Source: Chiloscyllium plagiosum
Lineage: Eukaryota
Assembly (NCBI RefSeq): GCF_004010195.1
Contig: NC_057751.1
Location: 11,223,108-11,287,107 of the forward strand
DNA: 64,000 nucleotides
Direction: 5' to 3'
Positions 50,400 through 63,597 of the stretch are shown piece after piece. The number at the start of each line of letters is the position of its first letter. The stretch's first letter is position 1. The translations under genes and the position numbers were made by a program. The notes under the pieces are model-generated. The model saw only the letters and a program-made list of their open reading frames with translations, did not search any database and was not told the DNA's origin.

Positions 50400-50978
50400 C
50401 TTGTTGGGATTTGAATTGTGAAGGAAATAACAAAATTAGGGAGGTAAGTCACCCATGACATTGGTGAACCCACGCCCTGATACTGGGTACACAACTGGTC
50501 ATCTTCATTCAGGAAGGATGTAAATACTGTGCAAGCAATTCAGAGATACGTTACGAGGTGACTCCATGAAAAAGGTGGATACTCCGATGAGGAACGGTTG
50601 GACAGGTTAAGCTCATAAATATCAAGACTTCAGGATGTGAAGAGGGGATTTGATTGAACAACCCAATATCTTGCAGGTCTGGACAGGGAGAAGGTGGAAA
50701 GGGTGCTACCTGATGGGAACGTGCCCAGAACTAAAGGCAAAATGTTGTCTTTCAGAAGGTTGCGTGTTTTTGAAATTTTGTTTCTTCAAAAGCAGTGGGC
50801 ACAGAATGCCTGAACATTTTGAAAGCACAGGCAGATCAATTCTTGATGAAAACAAAAGGGGGCAAAAGGTTATCAAGGGTAAATAGGTACAGAAAGACAT
50901 CTAATCAGCCAAAATCTTAGTGGTGATTGAGCAGGCTCGAAGGCCTGTAGGATCTCATCCAGTCCTGATTTTTATGTT
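50400..50978 (+). mobile_element. Old CR1 3' fragment
   Basis: aggaaggatgtaaat...gaggaacggttggacagg...agaggggatttgattgaa...gagcaggctcgaaggcc. Confidence 0.75.
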
Positions 50979-51614
50979 GCTCTGTATTTGGAAAGGACAC
51001 AGTCTGCAGCAGGCGAAAAGGCAGTTCATGTTGGTTTGTATCCCTGTCCCCATCAAAGTCACAAGGGGTTATCCATGTGGAGCTTCTTCAACCACATCAA
51101 GGTTCCCAGCCAGACAGCTTCTCACACGCATTGAGAAGTGACCAGCTCAGCAAGCAGAAAGAGGGCCAAAAAGGAAACAGCAGAGTGTGTTGCACCATTA
51201 GGATCCACAAACCCACTAACAAGATCACATGCCACCAATCTTTGTCCATGATGGGCGAACACTGCTTTACATATGCCCCTCCATTTGAAAGCAAAACCTG
51301 ATATCACCAGGTCAGCCTTATCACCTCTGTATCTCAACAGTTTTATCCACTTGCCTTGCTGCGCTCCGGCATTCCCAAGGAGAGGACCTGCTTGCATTTT
51401 CCAGCATGTGCAAACATGCATAGCCTGTGCATTCCAATCAATTCAGGAAGTCTGTCTTTGTACCGCTCAGCCAGACACACACACAGGCTGTAATTAACAC
51501 AGCTCGATATCCAAAGGCAACAACTCCTCAGGTTCCATCCGCAATCAGTCTTTCAGAATTCTTCTCTGCTCGAGCCAAGCAGCTTCGCGTCCTTTACGTT
51601 TCCTATAGCATTTT

Positions 51615-51800
51615 CACATCCCAGTCAGAAGGTCGTGGGCTCAAGTCCCAGACTCTAGCTTATCACCAACACTGACACTGTGCTGCAACACAGGGGCCCC
51701 AGGGCACCTCTTGAGACAGATGGGAAAAAAATTCCAACAACTTTCATCAAAGAGCAGCACAGGAGTTCTTAGGTCTCATTCAAGATTTATTCCTCAACCA
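51615..51800 (+). mobile_element. Deu-domain-like SINE 5' relic
   Basis: agtcagaaggtcgtgggctcaagtccca (B-box-like); aagagcag...ggagttct. Confidence 0.5.
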
Positions 51801-53934
51801 ATGAGGAAAACCTTTTGCACAGCCCTCACTTTCTTAGTGCGATGCGCCAACTCGATCTGAAAACAAACTGTGACTGCATTTCAAGACGAACTATTGGGTT
51901 ATCAAGCATCCTTCCATGTGGCAAGAATGTGTCTAACAATATACAAAAACACCAAGTCACACCTCTGTTGATATTTGGCATGTGCACAGAAATTTCATAC
52001 ACTGCAGACAAGGGCTCCAAACAGCACAAGCAGAAAATGACTGACAACACCAAAGAGTGCAAGGGCTGGTCAAATGCTACTGAAAACAGGAAGCGTTTCT
52101 CTGCAGGACACTTGAGATATCAAAACTTGACAGTAGAGTAGATTATTTATACTTGACACAAAACTAAAATTAAAGTCCTCACAGTAATTTTGAGGTGGAC
52201 TTCAGTTCATTGAGTTGTGTTCACGTGGCACTCCATGTCCAGCAGTGTCTGACATAGCACAGGCTATGCAGCAAAGGTGAACCAATCTACAAGAGGCTAC
52301 TCAACTGCTTGGTCACAGTGTCCAGTGCACTGTTTATCATGGAGAGCTTCAAACACACTCACTCCATCAGCACAAATTTGGACTTTTACCCAGTGACATT
52401 AAATGGGAAATAGAAAACCGCCCATTTCGCACAAAATCACACAGAATAATCAAACAACGACAGCACTGAATGAAAATGACCCTTCAGCCCATCTGTGCTA
52501 GCTCTCTGACACAGTCATTTGGATCTTCTCAGCCAGCCAGCCTTGCCCCAAGGTCCTTTCTATCCCCCTTCAGGTCACGATCCCAATCCCATTGCAAAGG
52601 CGCACACACTCAGGTACCACTGGCTGCTTGGTAAACCTTTCTTCACACTGCACGGTTGTACACATGAGACCCAGCTTGCTGAGTTCTCTCTGCTAGGACC
52701 TGCCTTCGCTGACCATGGCGGCTGGCCCTGCAGCTAAATATGATAATCAGAAACCTCCAGCGGCTGCTTTCTACACTGGCCTCAAATGATGCAGAGAGCA
52801 GATTCATTTCATTGGCTCTGGTGGAATGGTCCCCCATGTGTCACAGCGCACTACTCCATTCCAATCCTGACTCCAAAGACCTTGTTCACCATGACGGAGC
52901 GAATACACCGGACCCCGACCTCTGGGAACACAGGGGCTAACTTGTCAGCAAGCATGGGATAATATTGCCAGGAGTTCAACACCCCTCCAGCCCAGCCCCA
53001 CTGACTTCAGCCAGAGGTCAATGCTCAATGCCAAAACATGGGTTTTTGCAGAGTCGGGGGGCAGGGAGGTCTGGGGGTGAACTGAAGCTGTTCAGTCCAT
53101 CAAGATCATGCTGGTTTGTTGACAGAGCTATCCAATTCCCTGCCCACAGCACCCTTCAGCTTCTTCTACTGCTCAAAGAGTCATCTACCTCTCTTCTGAC
53201 ACTAGACTCTGTTCCTGCCAACTCTGAGGTTGGACTAGCTCATTGTGTCAAAATGCCTGAGCCCACCAATGAGTTGTTAACAAACTGTGTTCCATTCCGT
53301 CCGAACTAAGCCATGGATGGCACCGTCTCTCTGATGTAGAGTTTACAATGAGGCAAGTGCAAGTATTCCCACTGTAGCTGTCTCCCAGTGTCTCCCCCCC
53401 ACCTTCCTCAGCAGCATTATCATTGCTGCTAATCCTCCCACGCTTGAGGAAGAGCGAGTTTCACAAGCACTGTGTGGGGCCCTGTATTCCCACAGCTGTC
53501 AGACCTCTGCTTATCCTGGCAGCCCTACAAAGTGCTGGGGAAAGTGGCGCTCTGATCTGACAACATCAATACATTCATGTGTGTTACATAGAATGATCCT
53601 GAGGGCAGGGAGGAGGCTAAAAACAGATATTAACGCACCGCAGTCTGGGGGCGAACATGCCATTTTAAGCACGGCATCTGCAATTGCCTACAAATTCCAC
53701 TCGGCTAGACAGCAGCGTGCTCCTGAAGACTCGCAAGCAGCTCATTACACACTTCAAAGGCAAAGATTTCACAAAGAATGTTCAACCATTTATAGCTAAC
53801 GTGTGCAGGCTGGCAGGTAAGAGACACAGGCTTGCCATGTTCAGCACTACTCACCCCGACAATGAAAGAGTTCACGCAAATACACGTGACATTCAGTGGC
53901 AACAGCAAACCAGAAACTGTGACCAATAGGCTGG

Positions 53935-54214
53935 GGGTGGCACCATGGCTCAGTGGTTGGCACTGCTGCCTCACAGCACCAGGGACCCAGGGTCAATTCC
54001 AGCCTTGAGCGACTGTCTGTGTGGAGTTTGCACATTCTCCCCGAGTCTGTCTGGGTTTCCTCCAGGTGCTCTGGTTTCCTCCCACAGTCCAGGTCAGGTC
54101 AGGCGGATTGGCCCATGGGAAATGCAGGGTTATGGGGTGGGTCCAGGTGGGATGCTCTTCGGAGGGTCCATGTGGATTAGGTCTGCTTCCACACTGTCGG
54201 GAGTCTCTGGCTCT
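53935..54214 (+). mobile_element. HE1-type V-SINE
   Basis: A and B boxes, V-domain and CR1-like tail. Confidence 0.93.
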
Positions 54215-54292
54215 AACTGACATGACTTGGCTAACAAAAGGCTACATGGATTGGACCAGATTTGGACAGAGTCAAGATTCAACAAAGCTTGT

Positions 54293-54568
54293 GAGAAATT
54301 AAAAACAAATAAAAGAAATGGAATCATCTCTGGAGCTTAGGTTTGAGGTTGAACCCGTTCACAGCTCCTTGAAAGTGGAGTCACAGGTGGATAGGATAGT
54401 GAAGAAGGCATTTGGTATGCTTTCCTTTAGAGAAATTAAAAACAAATAAAAGAAATGGAATCATCTCTGGAGCTTAGGTTTGAGGTTGAACCCCCGTTCA
54501 TAGCTCCTTGAAAGTGGAGTCACAGGTGGATAGGATAGTGAAGAAGGCATTTGGTATGCTTTCCTTTA
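54293..54568 (+). repeat. 137/139-bp tandem duplication spanning a CR1 5' junction
   Basis: 54293-54429 versus 54430-54568 differ only by a 2-C indel and one C/T. Confidence 0.95.
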
Positions 54569-55185
54569 GTGGTCAGAGTATTGAGTACAGGAGTTGGGAG
54601 GTCATGCTGTTGCTGTACAGGACATGGATTAGGCCACTTTTGGAATATTGTGTGCAATTCTGGTCTCCTTCCTTTTGGAATGATGTTGTGAAACGTGAAA
54701 GGGTTCAGAAAAGATTCACAAGGATGTTGCCAGGGTTGGAGGATCTGAGCTACAGGGAGAGGCTGAACAGGCTGGGGCTGTTTTCCCTGGAGCGTCAGAG
54801 GCTGAGGGGTGACCTTATAGAGGTTTGTAAAATCATGAGGGGCATGGATAGGATAAATAGACAAAGTCTTTTCCCTGGGTAGGGGGAGTCCAGAACTGGA
54901 GGGCAGAGGTTTAGGGTGAGAGAGGAAAGATAGAAAAGGGACCTAAGGGGGAACTTTTTCACACAGAGGGTGGTATGTGTATGGAATGAGCTGCCAGATG
55001 CAGTGGTGGAGGCTGGTACCATTGAAACATTTAAGAGGCATCTGGATGGGTATGTGAATAGGAAGGGTTTGGAGGGATATGGGCCGGGTGCTGGCAGGTG
55101 GGACTAGATTGGGTTGGGATATCTGGTCGGCATGGACGGGTTGGACCGAAGGGTCTGTTTCTGTGCTGTACATCTCTGTGACTCT
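54496..55185 (+). mobile_element. CR1/HER1-like 5'-truncated copy
   Basis: KVESQVDRIVKKAFGML...LLEYCVQFWSP...RLRGDLIEV plus UTR. Confidence 0.97.
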
Positions 55186-55799
55186 CTTTGTTGTGAAATC
55201 GGTTTTGTGATGGAAAACAGGCATCAGAGGCTGCTCCTTGTGAATGAAGTGCTCGACCAGCTTGTGGCTGCACCTCAGCACTCTCACACTGCCTGATGTC
55301 AGTGCGCTGACAACTCCAATCCTAAACATCCAGGGCAGTCCAGGCGAACACTTCAATGCTGTCTTTAAGAAGAGACCATGTAAACAAGCACTCCCCCCCA
55401 CCCCCACCTGCCCTCTGCTGTAAAACATGCCACTTGGTAAACCTAGCAAAAGTTCATTCCTCAACCACAAAGAAAGAAACAACTTTGAAGAGAGACTCTG
55501 CAGCTGGCAATGCTAACAGTGTGGTGCATTTCCTGTGTGGAAATTCCAACAGCAACTATGTTTCACCAGGTCCTTCAAGAGCTGTCAAGCGCTTTGGAAT
55601 GAGCTTGGGAACACAGTAAACACCAGCCTTACATTTCTTCCACATCAGGCACCCAGTGTCAGGATGAAGCCTTTGCTGGTCAGGTTAGGTGAAGATTAGA
55701 GTACCTTCTCCTCTGCCTGACCTCCTCCACCAAGTACCGATCTGAGTTTGAACTTCCCAATTCCCTGACCACAGACCCTTTCGCCTCTCGAGATTACTC

Positions 55800-55988
55800 T
55801 ATCACCCAGAACCATCATGGCTGATCTCTGACCTCAATTCCCCTGTGCCACTCATTCCTATGTCCTTTCATTCCCTGGGATTCCAGAATTCTTGGTGATC
55901 CCCACCTGACATGTACTCAACACAATCCTCTGGGGTAAAGCAGAGGACTCCAAAGATTTGCAATCATTTGAAGGAACCAGTGTTCCTC
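55800..55988 (-). mobile_element. Old CR1 3' UTR relic
   Basis: atcatggctgatct...ctctggggt...tccaaagatt. Confidence 0.5.
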
Positions 55989-55989
55989 G

Positions 55990-58325
55990 CTGGGACTGCC
56001 ATAGTGTTAAAGGTTTAGATTGACAGGAATTTCTTAAGTGTGTACAAGACAATTTTCTGATTCAGTTTGTGAATGTACCTACGAGAGAAGGTGCAAAACT
56101 TGACCTACTCTTGGGAAATAAGGCAGGGCAGATGACTGAGGTGTCAGTGGGGGAGCACTTTGGGGCCAGCTCCCATAATTCTATTCGTTTTAAAATAGTG
56201 ATGGAAAAGGATAGACCAGATCTAAAAGTTGAAGTTCTAAATTGGAGAAAGGCCAATTTTGACGGTATTAGGTAAGAACTTTCGAAAGCTGATTGGAGGC
56301 AGATATTCGCAGGTAAAGGGACGGCTGGAAAATGGGAAGCCTTCAGAAATGAGACAACAAGAATCCAGAGAAAGTATATGCCTGTCAGGGTGAAAGGGAA
56401 GGCTGGTAGGTATAGGGAATGCTGGATGACTAAAGAAATTGAGGGTTTGGTCAAGAAAAAGAAGGAAGCATATGTCAGGTAGAGACAGGATAGATCGAGT
56501 GAATCCTTAGAAGAGTATAAAGAAAGTAGGAGTATACTTAAGAGGGAAATCAGGAGGGCAAAACGGGGACATGAGATAGCTTTGGCAAATAGAATTAAGG
56601 AGAATCCAAAGGGTTTTTACAAATATATTAAGGACAAAAGGGTAACTAGGGAGAGTATAGAGCCTCTCAAAGATCAGCAAGGCGGCCTTTGTGTGGAGCC
56701 ACAGAAAATGAGGAAGATACTAAATGAATATTTTGCATCAGTATTTACTGTGGAAAAGGACATGGAAGATATAGACTGTAGGGAAATAGATGGTGACATC
56801 TTTCAAAATGTCCAACTTACAGATGAGGAAGTGCTGGATGTCTTGAAAGGGTTAAAGGTGGATAAATCCCCAGGACCTGATCAGGTGTACCCAAGAACTC
56901 TGTGGGAAGCTAGAGAAGTGATTGCTGGGCCTCTTGCTGAGATATTTGTATATTCGATAGTCACAGGTGAGGTACTGGAAGACTGGAAGTTGGCTAGCGT
57001 GGTGCCACTGTTTAAGAAGGACGGTAAAGACAAGCCAGGGAACTATAGACGAGTGAGTCTGTCCTCGGTGGTGGGCAAGTTGTTGGAGGGAATCCTGAGG
57101 GAAATGATGTACATGTATTTGGAAAGGCAAGGACTGATTAGGGATAGTCAACATGGCTTTGTGTGTGGGATATCATGTCTCACAAACTTGATTGAGTTTT
57201 TTGAAGAAGTAACAAAGAACATTGATGAGGGCAGAGCAGTAGATGTGATCTATATGGACTTCAGTAAGGCATTCAACAAGGTTCCCCATGGGAGACTGAT
57301 TAGCAAGGTTAGATCTCATGGAATACAGGGAGAACTAGCCATTTGGATACAGAACTGGCTCAAAGGTAGGAGACAGAGGGTGGTGGTGAGGGTTGTTTCT
57401 CAGACTGGAGGCCTGTGACCAGTGGAGTGCCACAAGGATCGGTGCTGGGTCCTCTATGTTTTGTCATTTACATAAATGATTTGGATGCGAGCATAAGAGT
57501 ACAATTAGTAAGTTTGCAGATGACACCAAAATTGGAGGTGTAGTGGACAGCGAAGAGGGTTACCTCAGATTACAACAGGGTCTGGACCAGATGCGCCAAT
57601 GGGCTGAGAAGTGGCAGTTGGAGTTTAATNNNNNNNNNNNNNNNNNNNNNNNNNNNNNNNNNNNNNNNNNNNNNNNNNNNNNNNNNNNNNNNNNNNNNNN
57701 NNNNNNNNNNNNNNNNNNNNNNNNNNNNNNNNNNNNNNNNNNNNNNNNNNNNNNNNNNNNNNNNNNNNNNNNNNNNNNNNNNNNNNNNNNNNNNNNNNNN
57801 NNNNNNNNNNNNNNNNNNNNNNNNNNNNNNNNNNNNNTTCAGAAAAGATTTAGAAGGATGTTGCCAGGGTTGGAGGATTTGAGCTACAGGGAGAGGCTGA
57901 ATAGGCTGGGGCTGTTTTCCCTGGAGCATCAGAGGCTGAGGGGTGACCTTATAGAGGTTTACAAAATTATGAGGGCATGGATAGGGGAAATAGGCGAAGT
58001 CTTTTCCCTGGGATCGGGGAGTCCAGAACTGGAGGGCATAGGTTTAGGGTGAGAGGGGAGAGATATAAAAGAGACCTAAGGGGCAACCTTTTCACGGAGA
58101 GGGTGGTACGTGTATGGAATGAGCTGCCAGAGAATGTGGTGGAGGCTGGTACAATTGCCACATTTAAGAGGCATTTGGATGGATATATGAATAGGAAGGG
58201 TTTGGAGGTATATGGGCAGGGTGCTGGGAGGTGGGACGAGATTGGGTTGGGATATCTGGTCGGCATGGATAGGTTGGACCGAAGGGTCTGTTTCCATGCT
58301 GTACATCTCTGTGACTATGACTCTA
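55990..58325 (+). mobile_element. CR1/HER1-like LINE (partial APE, RT, 3' UTR), disrupted
   Basis: [50 protein letters not shown]; stop codons and a frameshift. Confidence 0.97.
57630..57837. other. Assembly gap (208 N)
   Basis: N run. Confidence 1.
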
Positions 58326-60333
58326 AAATGATGAACTCCATTACTGTGAAGCTATGTCCCTGTGTTTTCAAGTAGTGAAAGCAGGCTGTCTCTCCTGCTC
58401 TTGCCAAAACCCCTTCAGTATTGGTCAGATTTCAATCAGGTCAGTCCTCATTCTTCCAAACACCACTGAGCATAGGTCCAACATGGCACGGCCAGAAACA
58501 GGCATTATCCATGCTGGAGTCTGATTGACAGTGACAGGTTATTGCAGCAGATTGCAAATAATCTCTGACTCTCGCAAGTGTTGGAGTCTCAGGCTGATCG
58601 GAGTTTAGTGTCCTCACTGAGCGATGAAGAGTTAATACTCCAAAGTGGGATGGCTCTTGGCAATGCTGGTTTGACGACACTGGGTTCCAGTGCAGTCCAG
58701 CTTGTTCAGAGGAACTTCACTGCTGGAGACTCCCTACCTTTCTGAGCGTGTGTGATATCAGGGACACCTTGGCAACCTGGCGCCAGTCCTTCAGCAACAG
58801 ATATTACTTTGGAAGCAGTTGCGTTGAGGAACATACTGTGGAAACAGTGGACTGAACTCTCCCTATCAGCAAGGCCTTGACTGGACTCATTCCACAAGTT
58901 TAACCCTCACCTTGACACCACATGTGATGCACAATCCTTTTCAAATGGCAACTGCATTGAAGAGGACAGAAGCATCCTGTGAACGTGACTCAATCCCTTC
59001 CCTCCCAGCTCCTCAATGGAGACCAAACCCTTACAGTCAAACCTGCAGGAATCTCATACGTCCAGCTTGCAATACCAATGCATGTGTTTGGATTCAAAAC
59101 GTGCGTCTCGGAATTATAGGGAGGCCATTCACCCCATTCTGGTTATGCTAGCCCTTTCAAAGCTGTACAATTGGTCCGTGTTCCTTGTTCATTTTTGCCC
59201 AGCTGCAGCCTGAGGTTGTGTTTCCCTCTCATGGAAAAACTCCCAACTGCCTTTTTCTAAGTTTGGTCTGCTTTCATGAACCCATCTTGTTCCCCCAGAC
59301 ATGTGCCACTTCGGAAGGTCATCAGAAATAGGTGAAGGAATCAGCTCTTTGATCTCAGTCCGGCCTGTCAACTTCTGACATGGAGCAAGAATCTGTCCCA
59401 TGAGCCAGCTGCCGCTGCGGTTCTCTCGTCTGGACAACTTCAACAAAACCCCAACCTCAACAGAAGAGATTCCTCCTCATTTCCATATGAATTGGGTGAG
59501 CCCTTCCTTGGAAACCAGCTCTCGGCCTCTTCCCAACTTGCTGGGCCCCGGGCCCACTGATTAGTTTTGAATTCGTCCTCATCAACACAGAGTTCACATA
59601 AAGTTCAAGCCATTAAAGAGGGAAAGGCACACCAATGGATTTGCACATTTTCACTGGACCTTAATGTCAGGCTCTGGTTTGGATTACAGAGGCGTGAATT
59701 AGAAGGGAGACTGAGCAAAGCACTGACAAACAAAGGAAAGCTGTCGCTGACACTGCACTGTGTTGTTGCTCAGGCCGGCTGCTTTCATGTCAGCGCCAAG
59801 GTATCTACCAGAAGTGGAAATCTGAGCCCAGAGGGTTCAAACACTTTCTGCAGAAAGCCACAGCGTTACCTGAGTGAACACAGTTGGGAAGAAAACAGGC
59901 TGGATCTTCTGGAGTTGAAGGGAAGCAACTAAGTTTTGCTGCAGATCTCTCACCTGGTGCCAACAGAGAGGGTGGTGTATTCAAATGGGTTGAATTTCCC
60001 AGCTGGCGGGAGGGACAAACTGCCTCACTGTGGCAGCAAAATGTGGAGGGGCTGAAGCAGAAAACAAATGCTTGCACCCTGCGCAAATCATTACACTTAA
60101 GAGTTGTTAACCGAGCTTCAATCATGAAAGAAAAAAAAACATTGATAATGCATGGCAAACCATAGCATCGTGTACACTTTTCCAGGTCGCGTGTACAAAA
60201 ACACTCAAAATAACCACATATTCAGTCACAGCATCCAGTATGTGTTTCCATATCTTTACATGTACAGACATACGATCTCAAATTGGTTCACTATCTGTTA
60301 TTATTCCCGGATCTCATTGGGTTCTGGTCAGCA

Positions 60334-60662
60334 AGTCAGAGCTGTACAGCACAGAAACAGACCCTTCGGTCTAACCCATCCATCCAACCAGATATCCCAA
60401 CTCAGTCTCGTCCCATTTGCCAGCACTTGGCCCATATCCCTCCAAACCCTTCCTATTCATATTCCCATCCAAATGCCTTTTAAATATTGTAATTGAACCA
60501 GCCTCCACCACTTCCTCTGGCAGCTCATTCCATACACGTACCACCCAAATAGCCCCAGCCTATTCAGCCTCTGCCTGTAGCTCAAACCCTCCAACCCTGG
60601 CAACATCCTTGTAAATCCCTTTCAAGTTTCACAACATCCTTCCGATAGGAAGGGGACCAGAA
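60334..60662 (-). mobile_element. CR1 3' end with internal deletion of about 185 bp at 60546
   Basis: Junction ccaccc|aaatagcccc compared with the 32 kb copy. Confidence 0.92.
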
Positions 60663-62804
60663 GTGAACTTAGCCTTCCAGAAGATGCTTTAGAATATTGA
60701 CAGAGTTGACAGAAGTAGAAGGAAAGATACTTTCCTTTGGCTCCATCTTACCACCAGGCTGCATGACAGCACAAGATCATGTGACTGCATCACTTCCTGT
60801 GACATACACCATTTAATTGGCATTCCACAGTCAGACCTCATCCTTTATCCTACATCATCCTCAAGGTTTGGACTCACAGCTTACGGTCCAGTGTTAAGCA
60901 CTGCAGCCCTCTGTGTAATTGTTATACATATATTTCCAATTCTTTCAGAATAAATTAGCAATAACAGAAGGTAAAGTGATAGGCTATCATCTCGGATGTG
61001 GGGCATGAGTGAGACAGTCAGGGACCACATGTAGGCTTCACCTCAGAAAACTGGGGTCAATGTGCTTCACAAGCCAGTGTCTTCTCGATATTTATCAGAT
61101 AAAGCGTCTCTCTGGCATAGAAAATCCCAGGGCAAGGCTTACCTGCAGGACTAAGTGAGAGAGCATGGCAACAGTTGGTGCAACACCATCCTGAGCAACA
61201 ATCCACAAAACCAGAGGCTTCCAGTCAGGGTAGGACTGAGGGAGCATTTCACCTCATGGAAGACACCACGTGGTTTCTCAAAGCGCTGTCTGATAAGGCT
61301 GAGCAACCCAAATCTCAAAAACGTTCCCTTCGACAGCATTAGCCTGCTCCGTCCCCTCCTTCTCCCTCATGCACACTGCAACAAGCTTCCCCTTCTGATA
61401 GTGGTGTGCTGACTGATTCTTCTCAAACCCCACAAGCCACAACTTCCTTGGGCATGGAGCAAGAAGGGGAGGCCAAATTGCGACGCTGAGAGTGTGACAT
61501 TGGGGTCAGAGTCACACACCAACCGATAAAGAGGGCAGAATGGCGAGCTCAGGCAGTGTCCTGTGATTGACAGTGGGGACAGCAGCATTCTGTGATATCG
61601 TGCTAACTCATCCACGAAGTGACTTCAGACCTGCTTTGGCATGCTGAGAAATGTGCCCTTCACTTCCTACGTGGAAGCTGTGAACATGAGTAGAAATAAG
61701 CTTTAGGCTTTTCTCAATAACCCAGACCAGGCCAGTCACAGCTGTAAGGGCCACCCATAGCAGCCAAGCAATCCACTCAAGCTGAGAAAACGCAGCGAAC
61801 AGTAAAGCATGTCTGGCTTGAGAAATGTACCTTCAGGTGGCACCTCGCCCAAGTCCTTCATGCCATCTCCTGCAGACCCTGCCATAACATGCAGAGTCAT
61901 CCGACAATTTTGTTCCACAATCCCCAAGGAAGCATTGTCACAAGCGATCAACACCCCTGCTCACTTCGCACAGCTGTCCACAGAGGAGAGAATCCTCAGT
62001 ATTGACTCAGGACCTCAGCGATGATAACAGCAACATGGAGCCTTATATTTCTCTTAGAGAGAAGGGGGGGGGTAGAGAAAAAGAGAGCTTGTCTCATGTG
62101 TGGTAAAAATAGTTTCCCTGAGGATACAATGCTCACTTTAGAATAATCTTCATAATCCATTTTGAAATAAAGGTTTCAATACAACTACCCAGTAGTATGC
62201 ATCTGAAGCCCATCTCGTCAATGGTTTCATGGAATTACGTGCAAAGCCTACCCAACTTTTGCCAGCTTTGGTTTACTCTGCTCCCCTCAGCCATGCCCTT
62301 TTGGACCATCTTATCACTGACTGCCACATTACTGGGTGAACACACAATGCACAGAGACTAATTGGCCTGGAAATTACCACCCAACTGCTTCGTCCATTTC
62401 CTGCATTATTCATTCGGTAACTACAGAAGGAGCTTTCAGATAAATGAGCACGTGTGCACTGGAAGAGAACAGACCAGGAGTAAGGATCAGTGTGTTCAGG
62501 TTCTGCGAAACCCAGTCAGTTTGAGTTGTACAAGAGCTGTGCAAGCCAGCGTGGTTTCCACCAAAACTGCTGAAATCCTCATCTGTTCGTACAGTCTGAA
62601 AGATAGCCAGGCACCAAAGATATTCTGGGGCTGAGTCAAGGCTTTGTTTCAATGTCAAACTAAAAACAGAGGGGTGACCTGAAGTGAACACAGCCTTCAG
62701 CATGGGATTTGACCTACTTTAACACATCACCTCAGACCAGGAGAGGGAAATCTTCAACACAACCTCAAACTGGCCATCCACCCAATACCAGAGCTTCCCC
62801 TGTG

Positions 62805-63012
62805 ACAAACCAACAGAGACATTGCTGGAGCAACGCAGCAGTCTGGCAGCATCTGTGGAGAGAGAAACAGAGACCCGTTCAGAACGGGACTCTAAATGGC
62901 CATGTTAACTCTGTTTGACCCAGTCCACAGACTCTGGCAGACCTGCTGAGTTTCTCCAACAATTGGCTGTTTTTGTTTGAGATCCCCAGCACCCACAGTC
63001 GCTTGTTTGTTA
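62805..63012. mobile_element. Penelope-type fold-back relic
   Basis: Arms meet at the palindrome cccgttc-a-gaacggg; ctggcagcatctgtgga versus tccacagactctggcag. Confidence 0.7.
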
Positions 63013-63052
63013 ACCACAAACCCAACCCCAGCACCTGACCAGCTTCACTCTC

Positions 63053-63341
63053 AACATGGTGGCTCAGAGGTTAGCACTGCTGCCTCACAGCGCCAGGGAC
63101 CCAGGTTCAATTCCAGCCTCGGGCGACTGTCTGAGTGGAGTTTGCATGTTCTCCATTTGTCTGCGTGAGTTTCCTCTAGGTGCTCCGGTTTCCTCCCACA
63201 GTCCAAAGGTGTGCAGGTCAAGTGAATTGGCCATGCTAAATTGCCCACAGTGTTCAGGTTAGGTGCATTATTCAGGGTCTGGGTGGGTTACTCTTCAGAG
63301 GGTGGGTATGGACTTGTTGGCCGAACTGTAGGGAATCTAAT
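63053..63341 (+). mobile_element. HE1-type V-SINE
   Basis: tggctcagagg, ggttcaattcc, V-domain, gggaatctaat tail. Confidence 0.93.
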
Positions 63342-63597
63342 GCTGAAGGAATACAACTTGGTTTAACACCTCTCTTCAATATCATCACACTGCGGGTAGC
63401 TCAACCTAATCAGAGTGGTCAACAGAGTTCAAACACACAGCATTCCCTGTCAGTATCCAAGGACACCTTGGGAACATCTCGGAGAAATATTCAGCCCAGG
63501 ATTATCAGATGTTCTCTGCACTTGACATGTGGACACGTGTGCATCCAGATTGCAGCAGTAATCCCCCAGGGCTAACAAACCCTGGCCGTCCTCCAGG

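Noticed and set aside
56582..57418. 278-aa ORF as a host gene or active RT
   Set aside because: CR1 ORF2 fragment bounded by stop codons and a frameshift
36254..60790. Shared 14-mer tcatgtgactgcat as a repeat
   Set aside because: Several 14-mer matches are expected by chance in 64 kb
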